In this document: piece after piece, positions 1 to 14,300 of the stretch
Numbering within the stretch: position 1 is the first letter of the stretch
Layout: every line of letters begins with the position of its first letter
Assembly (NCBI GenBank): GCA_951406725.2
Contig: OX597838.1
Span: 40,238,001-40,302,000, forward strand
DNA: 64,000 nucleotides
Direction of reading: 5' to 3'
DNA from: Octopus vulgaris
Taxonomy: Eukaryota
Notes under the pieces: generated by a model
Seen by the model: only the letters and a program-made list of their open reading frames with translations
Told to the model about the DNA's origin: nothing
The model's database searches: none
Program-made: the position numbers and the translations under genes

Positions 1-288
1 GTAAATTGATAGATTTTTCTACTGAAAACAAAAAGAAAACAAAATCGAACAAATACAATAAAATGAGACTTCATTCCAACCAGTCACAACAAATGATAAT
101 CACAGTAATAATATACATTCATCAATAATAAATGTATAGATAATACAGATTTACTGTTGTTACTATTATTGATATTATTATTATTATTGTTGTTGATGTT
201 GTTAAAGTGATTAATATTGCTGTATTTGTTAACTTTAAGTTTTGGATATTTTGTTTTAGCAAATTAAATAATCAATATTTAAATATAC

Positions 289-1090
<802 letters not shown>

Positions 1091-1199
1091 TTACATATAC
1101 ATATTTTCATATTAATTGATAACATACATATATATTGTTAATGAGTGCGATGGATCTGAAGGCTACATATATTTCATAGCAGAACCTCAGAAGTAATAA

Positions 1200-1560
1200 T
1201 TACCAGGTAGGTACATCTAGGACTGTTGAGAGGAAGAGATCCAGTTGTGCTTTGAAAACAACAAAATCAACTTTGTGTAGGTCCCTCAGGTTCTTTGGGA
1301 AAATATCAAACGCTGTGGGTCCTTGAAATCCAGGCTGTTGCAGTAACTGGTCCTGAAGAGCGACAACATTGCTGGGATCTTTGGCACTATACAGTGCGAC
1401 CCATTCTGGCATTGGTGTAGCTTTCAATCCCCAAATTCGGCACTATCCTTTCCAGGATCTTTCAGATGTATATTATTGCATATTTCTCCCGTCTTCGCTT
1501 CTGGGAGTAGACTTAGCTGTTTCAGCCTTTTCCATTAGCTGAGTTGTTGCAATGAGACGA
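1200..1560 (-). mobile_element. Degenerate CR1-like LINE 3' fragment
   Basis: Minus strand encodes [24 protein letters not shown] and GFQGPTAFDIFPKNLRDLHKVD, homologous to 11430-11760. Confidence 0.75.
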
Positions 1561-1573
1561 TCTTATATATATG

Positions 1574-1684
<111 letters not shown>

Positions 1685-1831
1685 AATGTATGTATATATA
1701 TGTATATATATATATATGTATTTATATGTATATGTATACGTATATGTATTTATATGTATATATATGTATATGTATACATATATGTATTTATATGTATATA
1801 TATATATGTATATGTATATATGTATACATGC

Positions 1832-1887
<56 letters not shown>

Positions 1888-2135
1888 ATATATACATATA
1901 TATGTATGTATATATATATATATATATGTGTGAGTATCTGTGTGCGTTCGTGTGTGTGTACGTAAGTGTATGTCCGTACACATATATAGGTATATATATA
2001 TTTATGTGTGTGTGCGTGCGCGAGCGCATGTGCATGTTTGTATATATACATCCAATACCCGTAGATAAACTTAACGGGGTAAATTCCTGAGTTAATGTCC
2101 AAATATGAGATTATTATTGTATGTATGTATATGCA

Positions 2136-2201
<66 letters not shown>

Positions 2202-2370
2202 CTTTAAAATTATGTCATTTTAAGGAAAGGGAAAAAAATTTTTGCAATATTCTCCAGACATTTTGACACAAATATATATATTTTTTAACATTTAAGCCTT
2301 CTGTCGTTTTTTCACACTTTACTATTTTCTTATATATTCACCCACGTGCTTTACCAAACAAACTTTCTTA

Positions 2371-2439
<69 letters not shown>

Positions 2440-2668
2440 TGGCAGTGATACCAGACGAAACTGTTAGCGGCATTTTGTAACCTTGTACATTCTAATTTTG
2501 AATTACACACATGACGACTTTGGCTTTCTTTCTTTCGGTCTCGATAAAAGAAGTACTAGCCAAGTCCTAGGGTCGATGTAATCGACTTCCCTCTTCCCTC
2601 AAATTCTGCTGCCCCTGTGCCAAAATTTATCATCATATACAGGTTGTCCTCTTTAACAAGTATATATA

Positions 2669-2710
<42 letters not shown>

Positions 2711-2779
2711 CAATGTAATTGGGTATTCGATATCAAACCTGAGTAATTTCATTATGAAGAGTATTGAATATCACAACAT

Positions 2780-3750
2780 CACAATACAGTAAAGTTAAGA
2801 ACTTACTAAAAGGAGAGGAGATAAGTACACAGATTGGACGTTACTGGCGCTACTAAACCTTACTGTGATACGGATAACATACATTTCCAGACATATAAAA
2901 GGAATAGCAAAAATGGGATTTATATCTATCAACAAATCATACAAAGGTTAAAAGGAAAACAACGAAAAGATTTATTTAGTTGTTTAAATAAGCGACGGTT
3001 GTCGGGGGACTAACAAGGCGGGGTTCTTTTCAGAGACAATGCCTGTTATTTAACCAGAATTACAACATACAAGAACGTTGCCATCTTAACTGCCGTCCAC
3101 TCAAACTAGAGAACAATTCTCCTGAAAATGACCAACAAATATGCCTAAAAACCAATGTTCTTTACAAATTGTAATATTAGTATTGAAACACAAGTGAGCT
3201 CAGACAATAGTTGCATGTAAAAGTTACAGAAGACACAAGACAAAATCATCCATAGCATTATTTTAGCAGACACAAATTTCAGAGACATCTTTATATATAA
3301 AAGTGAAGTTGTGTGTCTGTCTCCTACGATTTAGATTCTTAACTACTCCCACATTTTGCGGTGCAGTTTAACCAAAAGCGGGTATCTTATAGTCGTGATT
3401 TATATCGAGCCCTTCTGGGTATTAGTGCGCGTCTACAATGAGTCTACGATTTAAAAAAAAAATTACCATCATTTTTTCCCATTTTTAATGCATTTTTTTT
3501 GCTATTATATAAGGGAAGTAACTCTCTAAAAATGCTTATATAGTTATTTCCTTTCCAAACCCGAGCAACGCCGGGCGATACTGCTAGTAATTGATAAAAC
3601 AGCAGAGAACTACACATGTGGGAAACACATTTTTAGTATCCCCGAGCAGTAAGGGGACATAAACCTATGCTCACAGAATAGAAATATTCAAGGATAACAC
3701 ACGTCAGCACAGCCACTGAAATATTTACTAGAAAACTCGTACATAAGAAT
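2780..3750 (+). mobile_element. Highly degraded Penelope-like element fragment, interrupted by a Helitron
   Basis: Scattered frameshifted peptides (QIGRYW, CLKTNVLYK) resemble PLE RT/GIY-YIG regions; weak. Confidence 0.35.
3288..3587 (+). mobile_element. Non-autonomous Helitron, short form
   Basis: A|TC 5' end, subterminal hairpin cccgagcaacgccggg, CTAG|T 3' end, no TSD; homologous to 6544-6941. Confidence 0.85.
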
Positions 3751-3863
3751 AAAATCATATATTTACACATTGATATGCTATATATAAATATAACCGTTTC
3801 TTAAGCATAAATACACACACACACACGCACGCATATATTTGGAAAGATATACATACACACATC

Positions 3864-4188
<325 letters not shown>

Positions 4189-4505
4189 ACCTAAGTATAT
4201 TTATATGTGTATGGATGTATGTATGGATGTATGCATGAATGCATGTATGCGTGTATGTATGCATGTATGTATGGATGGATGTATGTATGCATGCATGCAT
4301 GTATGTACGTATGTTTGTATGCATATCAATAATTAAATAAGTAGGTGTTTACGTCTGCACAAATGCATCTGTCTATGAATATTCTAAAAGCAATCTCTGA
4401 ATATAACCTCATAAAATATTTTTGTCTGGAATTGGTTTTTACAATTCAACTGATTTAGATATTGAATTTGTAGTTGTGTGATGGGTCACAGGTTTACACA
4501 CACAT

Positions 4506-4552
<47 letters not shown>

Positions 4553-4671
4553 AACACACATATGTATACGTACGCAGATGTTAATAATTGTTATAATTAT
4601 TTAAAAAAGAATGTTAAGGAAACAATATTTACTGATTGAAAAGCTGAATATTGATAGAATCAGATTTTCTT

Positions 4672-5079
4672 TTATTTAGTTATCAGAGTGCAGCCATGCT
4701 GGAGAGCTGCCTTGAAGAATTTTTAGTCGAATCTATCGACTCCAGCACTTACCTTTTAAAGCCTGGTACTTATTCTATTGGTCTCTGTTGCCGAACCGCT
4801 ACGTTACAGAGACGTAAATATATATTTCTTTACTACCCACAAGGGGCTAAACATAGAGGGGACAAACAAGGACAGATAAAGGGATAAAGTCGTTAAGATC
4901 GACCCCAGTGCGAAACTGGTACTTTATTTATCGACCCTGAAAGGATGAAAGGCAAAGTCGACCTCGGCGGAATTTGAACTCAGAGCGTAACGACAGACGA
5001 AATACGGCTACGCATCTGCCAGCTCACCGCCTTATATAGCATCACCAGTTGTCAAGCAATGGTGAGATGACAAACGCAG

Positions 5080-5100
<21 letters not shown>
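4672..5100 (-). mobile_element. SINE family A fragment with a SINE family B copy (4825-5033) nested inside
   Basis: Family A sequence is interrupted at gacgtaaa... and resumes at ...cagttgtcaagc; the insert matches 25559-25790. Confidence 0.8.
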
Positions 5101-5113
<13 letters not shown>

Positions 5114-5132
5114 CACACACACACACACATAC

Positions 5133-5206
<74 letters not shown>

Positions 5207-5411
5207 CAAAATCTGTCGGTTAATGATAACTTTTATTTATTCCATTGAATCTGTTACTGTAAGAGTGAGACCGACCAAGTGTTTTTCAGATGTTATTTGG
5301 AAGAAGAATTATTTTAAAAAATGGTTACGCGTTCATTGTTGACGTTTAGCGTTATCTAAGGGGTAAAAATCAACGCAAAACCTCTAGTGATTGTTTCAAT
5401 AGAATAACAGT

Positions 5412-5501
<90 letters not shown>

Positions 5502-5595
5502 TACTCACCCCATGGATTTATATGGATAACACTATACAAAATTCTGGTGAATCTAACTTAAGTACCATATTCATTTGAATCTAAATTTTGCTGAA

Positions 5596-5651
<56 letters not shown>

Positions 5652-5739
5652 CACACACTTATGTTTATATATATATATATATATACACATATATCATAAT
5701 CATATATATATACACATCTATATTTATGTACGTATACAT

Positions 5740-6095
5740 AAACAGGACCAAGCGTTGTAGATTATGCATAGCAGAACGGGCGAGGATACTAAAGGACCCC
5801 CTCGACCTGGGGAACATCCTTAACTCCAGAACGGACTGTGCTTGCATTTCAGGAAATTCCTGCTGGATGTTGGAACCCACCAAATAACAGGGTCCCTTAC
5901 GATCGATAGCCTAAGGGAGACAATTCCCTGTTGCTGACATTGAGTAGAGAGGTTCTTTCCTCCACCAGTTTCTAGAAAGGCCGCTCGCTAGAGAGGCCAT
6001 AAACCAACAAGTTTGAGATCTGATGATAAGCTGTAAAGCTAAGCGCTTTGTGGAGGTAACATCCAGGGTAATCCCATAAACTGGCCTTATCTAAC
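5740..6095 (+). mobile_element. Penelope-like element 3' end (GIY-YIG C-terminus plus terminal-repeat remnant)
   Basis: Peptide RTKRCRLCIAERARILKDPLDLGNILNSRTDC resembles the PLE endonuclease C-terminal RCxLCxxE...LNxRxE motif; a CTGATGA motif follows at 6020. Confidence 0.65.
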
Positions 6096-6341
6096 TTTAT
6101 TAATATTATATATATATATATGTGAGTGTGTGTATGTATGTGTGTGTGTGTTTGTATGTGCGTATGTGTATACAATGCATATACGTATACATTATCTATT
6201 TATTTACCGGTATGTTTATGTACGTGTGTAATATATGTAGGTATATACATGTAGAAATAATGAAGACAGATAAAAGACAGGTTACCAAATGTATTAATTA
6301 GTGAAATCATTATATGCACCAAATCATGTCCTAAAATATGG

Positions 6342-6342
<1 letters not shown>

Positions 6343-6372
<30 letters not shown>

Positions 6373-6530
6373 AATTATTGTATACAGTGCTCAGGTGCAC
6401 CACAACTTGTCAAAAGTGCGTATAAAGCATATGCAGTAATGTACAAATGTCTGGGAAGTGAACAGTGTATGAGTCAGATACATGCTTGCGTCTGTATGGA
6501 GGGGAGAAAATCAGGTGTAGTGTTGGCGAG
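6343..6530 (-). mobile_element. Probable LINE 3' end with (ATT)n tail
   Basis: Non-repetitive stretch ending on the minus strand in ...gcactgtatacaataatttc(att)n; clade not assignable. Confidence 0.4.
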
Positions 6531-6543
6531 ATATATAAACATA

Positions 6544-6941
6544 TCTTTATATATAAAAGAGAGGTTGTGTGCTGTCTGTCTCCTACGATTTAGATTCTTA
6601 ACTACTCCCACATTTTGCGGTGCAGTTTAACCAAAACCGGGTATCTTATAGTCGTGATTCATATCGAGCCCTTCTGGGTATTAGCGCGCGTCTACGATGA
6701 GTCTACGATTTAAAAAAAATTTACCATCAATTTTCCCCATTTTTAATGCATTTTTGGCATATATAAGGGAGGTAACCTCTAAAAATTTATTATTAAATCT
6801 CAGAACGTAAAAAACTACAGTAACACCCCCCCCGCCTTTGTGGTTAGCCATATTGAGATGGCTATTATACTTTACATCTCTAAAAATGCTTATACAGTTA
6901 TTTTCCTTACAAACCCGAGCAACGCCGGGTGATACTGCTAG
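6544..6941 (+). mobile_element. Non-autonomous Helitron, long form
   Basis: A|TC start, hairpin cccgagcaacgccggg, CTAG|T end. Confidence 0.85.
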
Positions 6942-7369
6942 TTCAAAATATATTAAAATACATTAAAATATATCCAGAAATTCTGAATTTTAAATTTCTA
7001 TATGGATTTACTGTTTTCTTCACTCGAATTTGAAGCCAATCATAAATTTCATGGATTTACAATATTCTATATATTTTAATATCATTTTTAAAAAGCAATT
7101 ACGACTATATTTTTGCGCGTCCTTGATATATTCTTAACATATTTTGTAATATATTTTGAGTATGTTTATATATCTATATATTTTTAGGACATGATTTGGT
7201 GCATATAATGATTTCACAAAAGAATATATTTTGGTAACCTATCTTTTATTTCTTCATTATTTCTATGGCTCAGATACACTGAGCACTTCAATGTACTGTG
7301 TATATAGAGATAATCCTATCTCTAAAAATTGCATGATATGGTATATATATATATATCAATAAATAAAAC

Positions 7370-7496
7370 ATATGCATATATATATACATATATGTACGTA
7401 CCTACCTCTACATGTATATATACACGCATATATGAGTACAGGACACCAAAAAAAACGTCGAACACAATGAGAAACGAAAACATAGACACAAACCCA
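7370..7496 (-). repeat. Interspersed repeat fragment (same family as 55925-56185 and 62590-63115)
   Basis: Shared motif gtacaggacaccaaaa..cgtcgaacacaatgagaaacgaaa. Confidence 0.7.
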
Positions 7497-7562
7497 TATA
7501 TATATATGTGTGTGTGTGTGCGTGTGTGAATGACATCAGAAATGTATTTCTAATATAGATTT

Positions 7563-7762
7563 CTAATTTTGGCACAAGGCCTGCAAATTCGGGGAAGGGA
7601 GTAAGTCGATTACATCAACCCTTGTGCTCAACTGGTACTTAATTCATCGCACCCGAAAAGATGAAAGGTAAAGTCAGCTTCAGCAGAATACGAACTCAAA
7701 ACCTAAAGACGGACGAAATGCCGCTAATTACTTTGCTAACGATTCTGTCAGCACACCGCCTT
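7563..7762 (-). mobile_element. SINE family B, diverged
   Basis: Homologous to 25559-25790 in head and core. Confidence 0.75.
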
Positions 7763-7902
7763 ATTAAAATTTACGACCCTAGTGAGGGCAAATTCCGTCA
7801 AGGTTCACTTTGCTTTTCATCCATTTGAAGGCGATAAAATAAGAACCTGCTGAGTCCCGGGTTCGATGTAATCGACTTAATTCCACTCCAAAATTGCTGG
7901 CT

Positions 7903-8300
7903 CTCTTTTATTCTTTTACTTGTTTCAGTCATTTGACTGCGGCCATGCTGGAGCACCGCCTTTAATCGAGCAACTCGACCCCGCGACTTATTCTTTTGTA
8001 AGCCCAGTACTTATTCTATCGGTCTCTTTTGCCGAACCGCTAAGTAACGGGGACATAAACACACCAGCATCGGTTGTCAAGCAATGCTAGGGGGACAAAC
8101 ACAGACGCACAAACACACATATATATATATATACATATATACGACTGGCTTCTTTCAGTTTCCATCTACCAAATCCACTCACAAGGCATTGGTCGGCCCG
8201 AGGCTATAGTAGAAGACACTTGCCCAAGGTGCCACGCAGTGGGACTGAACCCGGAACAATGTGGTTGGTAAGCAAGCCACTTACCACACAGACACTCCTG
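7903..8300 (-). mobile_element. SINE family A, near full length, inserted into a plus-strand SINE B (7790-7902 and 8301-8325)
   Basis: tRNA-like head (B box GGTTCAGTCCC), gtggcaccttgggcaagtgtctt core, internal microsatellite, A-rich repeated tail. Confidence 0.9.
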
Positions 8301-8398
8301 GCTGTGTACCAAAATGTGAAACCAATGTCATATATATTTATAAATTATATTTAATATCATATATATAACATGCGATATATACGTACGTATATACACAT

Positions 8399-8446
<48 letters not shown>

Positions 8447-8732
8447 GATAAAGGCATAACATATAGCCATCTTCTTTATGTTTCAGTCAATGGACTGTCG
8501 CAACGCTGGGCTACGACCATAACGAATTTAATCGAACAAATCGAACCTAGTATTTATCTTTAAGTTTCACACTGATTCTATCGTCCCTCCTCCCCCCCTT
8601 TGCACGCACGCTCAGTTATTGTACGTAAACAAACAAATCTCGGTTGTCAAGCTGCGTTGGAGGACAAAGAAAACAGCAGCACCATACATACATGAACGCC
8701 CGCACAGGCACATACATAGTCATAAATGTGAC

Positions 8733-8793
<61 letters not shown>

Positions 8794-8797
<4 letters not shown>

Positions 8798-8896
8798 ATA
8801 TTTCGGAATGGTCATATTGCCAGTTTAGCCAATAAAAACACACGCACTATATATTTGGTGTTATTTTGCTTCAGTGATATTTATTTTTTACAGAAG

Positions 8897-8927
<31 letters not shown>

Positions 8928-9016
8928 AAATATCACTGAAGCAAAATAACACCAAATATATAGTGCGTGTGTTTTTATTGGCTAAACTGGCAATATGACC
9001 ATTCCGAAATATAACA
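8794..9016. repeat. Perfect 93-bp inverted repeat (8794-8886 / 8924-9016)
   Basis: The arms are exact reverse complements around an A-rich spacer; the same family recurs at 56262-56527. Confidence 0.95.
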
Positions 9017-9073
9017 AGATCTGTTTCAACACACGACTTCACATAAAAAATCTTGCACAACAAATATTTAAAC

Positions 9074-9107
<34 letters not shown>

Positions 9108-9247
9108 TCAGAAATTCGGATGGTTTTATATTTACAGATATTTATTTGTATTTTACATGTTTTTATACATCATATAACTTATTTCATGTATCCTATATTA
9201 GCGCTTTCTCCCATTCTAGTGGTGTTTTCAAATCGAAAACCCCACTA

Positions 9248-9298
<51 letters not shown>

Positions 9299-9319
9299 TA
9301 TACGTATGTATTTTTCAAA

Positions 9320-9725
9320 TTCTTGTTTCAATCATTAGACTGTGGCCATGCTGGGGCACTGCATTGAAGAAATTTAATCGAATTAATTAATTAGAGTAGT
9401 ATCAGTCTCTTTTGCCAAACCTCTGTCAAGCAGTGGGGGGGAACAGATACATACACACACAACAGGAGTCTTTCAGTTTCAGTCTACCAAATCCATTAAG
9501 TCTGGTACGTATTTTATCAGTTTCTTTTGCTGAACTGCTAAGCTAAACAAACCAACAAGTAGTGGTGAAGGATAACACATATAGACTTTTTTCAGTTTCC
9601 ATCTAGCAAATCACTTCACAAGGCTTTGGTCAACCGAGGGCAATAGTAGACACTTGCCCATGCAGTTGCACCGAACCCGGAACTTGTCATTGGGAAGCAG
9701 ACTTCTTACCACACAGCCACACCGG
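9320..9725 (-). mobile_element. SINE family A, degenerate and rearranged
   Basis: Motifs ggccatgctggggcact, tttcagtttc, cacaaggctttggtc, cttaccacacagccac. Confidence 0.7.
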
Positions 9726-10401
9726 CTTGTTTTTTTAATAATTTTTAATAATTTTTAATAAGTTTTCCACCAACTAACTTTAGAAAACAGGAAAAGTTAT
9801 GAACAAGGGAAATGAAAGTAGTTTACTGAGCAAAGAAAATAAGAATTTTTTGTAGGGTTTAGTTTTGCGAAGTGTAGCTAAAAAATTCTTCCCATCCTTG
9901 ATTTTAATAAAGCCATTTTTTATTGCTTCGGTCTACTTTAATTTCATTCTATGCATTTATGCTGCTAAGGATTGCTCTGCATTTAAATTGATGTAATGAT
10001 TGCATTGTTCAATTAAATGGAGTTTCTTGAAACAATCGTACTACATTAACTCTGGATGACCTTGTTGCTTATTTTGAATTATGTATACATATATATTTTT
10101 ACTGGTGATACAGTATGGGCAGATTTTCGAACGACAATGAATCTTTATACATTTATACAGTTAGGAAATTTTACAAATACATGTTTTCAAAGAGATATGA
10201 TAAACCTATTATAATTGGTAATACTACGTGTACTTTTCATATTTTTTATATTGTGATGTAATTCTTTGGACTAACAATGTTTGCGATGGAAGAGAGCTTT
10301 AAACCATCTTTTATATCAATAATACACTGATGTAATAACGGATTGATTATAAAGCTTGAAAGACGTGTACCGCGATATCCTTTGTGATCTGTTTTTAATT
10401 T

Positions 10402-10444
<43 letters not shown>

Positions 10445-10451
<7 letters not shown>

Positions 10452-10748
10452 ATCACGTGACCGACCAGTCCATCAGATGTAGTTACACATCGCTGGTCAC
10501 AATGCGTTCGCATTGTTTTAGCCTTCGAATGACGCCACCCCACTGGCTAAGCGGGCAGGCCAACAGAAGAAAGAGTGGGAGAAACAGTGGTGAAGGAGTA
10601 CAGCAGGGATCACCACCCCCTGCCGGAGCATCGTGGAGCTTTTAGGTATTTTCGCTCAATAAACACTCACAACGCCCGGTCTGGGAATCGAAACCGCGAT
10701 CCTACAACCGCGAGTCCGTTGCCCTAACCACGGGGCCATTGGGCCTCC

Positions 10749-10750
<2 letters not shown>
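10445..10750 (-). mobile_element. SINE family C, tail type 1
   Basis: tRNA-like head gtggagg..aatggccc.gtggttagggca.cggactcgcgg..gtaggatcgcggtttcgattccc; matches 57230-57543. Confidence 0.9.
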
Positions 10751-10788
<38 letters not shown>

Positions 10789-10790
10789 AC

Positions 10791-11930
10791 AGGCAGTTGT
10801 GAGCAATGGAGCCACCTCCAGGGAAACGCAAATAACAAGCGGTGTCCCACAGGGCACTGTCTTGGGGCCACTGATGTTCATAGTGGCCCTTTCAGACATG
10901 CCTTCAGTTGCTACGATGACCACCCTTGCTAGCTATGCAGATGACACAAAAGTCTCCCACGCAATACAAAACCCTGAAAATATTGCGCATCTGCAACATG
11001 AGCTTGACACAATATACAGGTGGGCTGAGGACAACAACATGCAGTTTAATGCAGGTAAGTTCCAGGCCCTGCGCTACTGGCACACAAAGGTAAATGACGT
11101 GAAGACTGGATACACTGGCCCAGGAAGAATTGCAATCCCTGAGTCAAAATCAGTGCGTGACCTGGGCATTGACATGAGCAATGATGCATCTTTCCAAATG
11201 CATATTGCTAATCTGGTGATAAAATGCAGACGGCTAGCTGGATGGATTCTCCGAACTTTCAGAACAAGAGAGAAGGAGACACTGATGGTCCTATGGAAAA
11301 CATTTGTCCTCAGCCGCTTGGACTACTGCTCCCAACTTTGGTCACCACACAATATAAAACAAACAGCAGAACTCGAAGCAACTCAGAGAAGCTACTCAAA
11401 GAAAATCGTCTCAATGCAAAATGTCAGCTACTGGGAAAGACTGAAGGTATTAAACCTCTTCTCCCTGGAGCGGAGGCGGGAGAGATATGCAGTGATATAC
11501 ATCTGGAAAATCCTGGAGGGTCTTGTCCCAAACTTTGGCATTCAAAGTTACTCCAACCGCAGAACGGGCGCCGCTGCATGGTGCCAAGGATTCCAACATC
11601 ACCATCAAAATACAGGTCCAGATACTGCAACAGCTTGGGTTTCAGAGGACCACAGCTCTTTAACATCCTCCCTAAATGCTTGAGAGAGACTTACATGGTG
11701 TGGATGTGGGTTTCTTTAAAACTAAACTGGATCTCTTCTTGTTGGGAGTCCCAGATGAACCTACCTCACGACAGGAGACACGGATGCGGGCAGCAGCATC
11801 GAACTCCCTTGTTGATCAAGTGCCACGTATCAGAGGTGGATTCACAAACTAGTGTAGCTCATTCAGCGGTGGTGCCCCAGCATGGCCGCGGCCTTCGGGC
11901 TAAAACATTTTTAAGGATTTTAAGGATTTT
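10791..11930 (+). mobile_element. 5'-truncated CR1-like LINE (RT domain to 3' tail), frameshifted
   Basis: [35 protein letters not shown] and [18 protein letters not shown] motifs; frameshifts near 11567 and 11685; tail (tttaagga)n. Confidence 0.92.
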
Positions 11931-12383
11931 ATATATATATATATATGTATATATATATTTCTATATATATATGTATATATATGCACATATATATATCTTT
12001 GTATATATATATGTAATTATTTATATATATATGTATGTTTATACATTCATGTATATATTTATATATATGAATATATATATTTACATATATATAGATAGTT
12101 ATGTATATATATTTATATATATATATATATATATTTACATATATATTTATGTATATATATTTATGTATATATATTTATATATATATATTTATATATGTAT
12201 ATATATAGATGTATATTTACATGAATATATTTATACATATGTATGTATATATATATATATTTATATATATATATATTTATATATATTCACACACACGTAT
12301 ATATATATATGTATATACTTATGTATACGTACTTGTATATATGTACATATATATATGTATATACTTATGTATACGTACTTGTA

Positions 12384-12428
<45 letters not shown>

Positions 12429-12871
12429 ATATACATATATATGTATATATGTGTGTATATACTTATGTATACGTACATGTATATATGTATATATGTGTGT
12501 ATATACTTATGTATACGTACATGTATATATGTATATATATATATGTGTATATACATATATATGTATATATGTATGTATATATTTATATATATGTATATAC
12601 GTATATATGTATATATACGTATATATATATACTTGATCATATCAAAGGGAAATGGAAATTAATTAAAATCTTCATTTCCAGTGGCCTAACGTGTAAAAAG
12701 TTAGTCCAAAGACTAAATTAGTCATAAAATACAGTGTATATTTTAGCACATGAGGATTCCACTCGTTATAGAAGCTAGGTGTGCATTCTAGCGTGTTGAA
12801 TCCCACGAGTGGTTTCCTCTTGTGTCTAAATGTACACTGTATTTATATATGTATATATATATATATATACA

Positions 12872-13320
12872 ATGAATGAAGCCAATTTGATCCGATGTAT
12901 GTCTAATGTCAGTGTGCATACTCGACAGAGCGTAAGTACCTTGAAAGAAAAGTTTGAGTTAAGAAGCATCAGATGTAGTGTGCAAGAGGGACGACTGCGC
13001 TGGTATGGCCATGTGGCAAGAATGGATGAGGATAGCTGTGTGAAAAAGTGCCACACACTAGCGGTGGAGGGAACCTGAGGAAGATGTAGACCCAAGAAGA
13101 CCTGGGATGAAGTGGTGAAGCACAACCTTCGAACATTAGGCCTCACCGAGGCAATGACTAGTGACCGGGACTTTTGGAAATATGCTGTGCTTGAGAAGAC
13201 TCGGCAAGCTAAATGAGACCATAACCTTGTGGCCTATGCCGGGAGTGTAACCAACCCACTTATGCGTACCTTTCCTTCATTGGACACTAAACCCTGCTGT
13301 GAAGACCTGTTGAGGCAGGC
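12872..13320 (+). mobile_element. RTE-clade LINE 3' fragment
   Basis: RLRWYGHVARMDEDSCVKKC...G*GRCRPKKTWDEVV peptide. Confidence 0.85.
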
Positions 13321-13800
13321 CTACCTTGAGAGTGGTAGCGACTAGGGTAGGTTAACTGACTGCTTATTGTGATCATTCGTCTTTTGGTTTCCTGTAGCTT
13401 TGCTCTCTTTTACAAACCCAGTGAACATATATTTCCTATTTCAAAGAAATTCAAACAATAGATATAAGACCCAAGTTAAAAAGATTCTCAACAATTCAAC
13501 TTCTCTGGTTGACATGAGGATGCCCACCCTCAACAGGGGGATTAACTCTCACATTTTAGAGCTACATCACCTTCCTTTTTCAGGAGCAAAATATTTTTAA
13601 CAGGTTCAATAAGACCGGAATTTTGGAATATGCGCATAAAAATCAGTAGTATGGGATACATGTCACACGATTACAAATTTTTTTGGGTGTGTAATGAGGG
13701 AAATAACCCTCATCTGCAATTTTGAGGAAATACAAAATATAGATATTCCAGTTCATTAGAGAAAATATAACAGAAAAGTGTAATTCTTCAATTATATGTA

Positions 13801-13829
13801 ACACGGGCAACGCCGGGTATCTCTGCTAG
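13801..13829 (+). mobile_element. Helitron 3' terminus of a related family (5' end not located)
   Basis: cacgggcaacgccgggtatctctgCTAG|T, same architecture as the ends at 3587 and 6941. Confidence 0.65.
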
Positions 13830-14057
13830 TATATTATATATATACATATATATACTATATACATATATATGTATATTATGTACATATTATAATATATATA
13901 TAATATATATATACATCATATATGTATATATATATATTATAGATATGTATAATATATATATACATTATAGATATATATATCATGCATATATATATAATAC
14001 ATATATATATGTATGTATATATATGTAAGTATATTTATATGTATGTACATATGTATG

Positions 14058-14102
<45 letters not shown>

Positions 14103-14155
14103 GTATATATATATATATATGTATGCATATATGTATGTATATATATGTGTGTATG

Positions 14156-14193
<38 letters not shown>

Positions 14194-14300
14194 CACACAC
14201 ATATATATATATACACATATGTATACATATATACATGTGTGTGCATGTATATATATATATTTATATATACACGCACACACATATATATATATGTATATCC

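Noticed and set aside
9197-9251. Hairpin plus minus-strand GAAA-gcgc-TA
   Set aside because: The 5' core is absent (cut by a TA array); cannot be called.
11224-12636. 470-aa ORF
   Set aside because: Chimera of off-frame LINE sequence and a TA-rich microsatellite.
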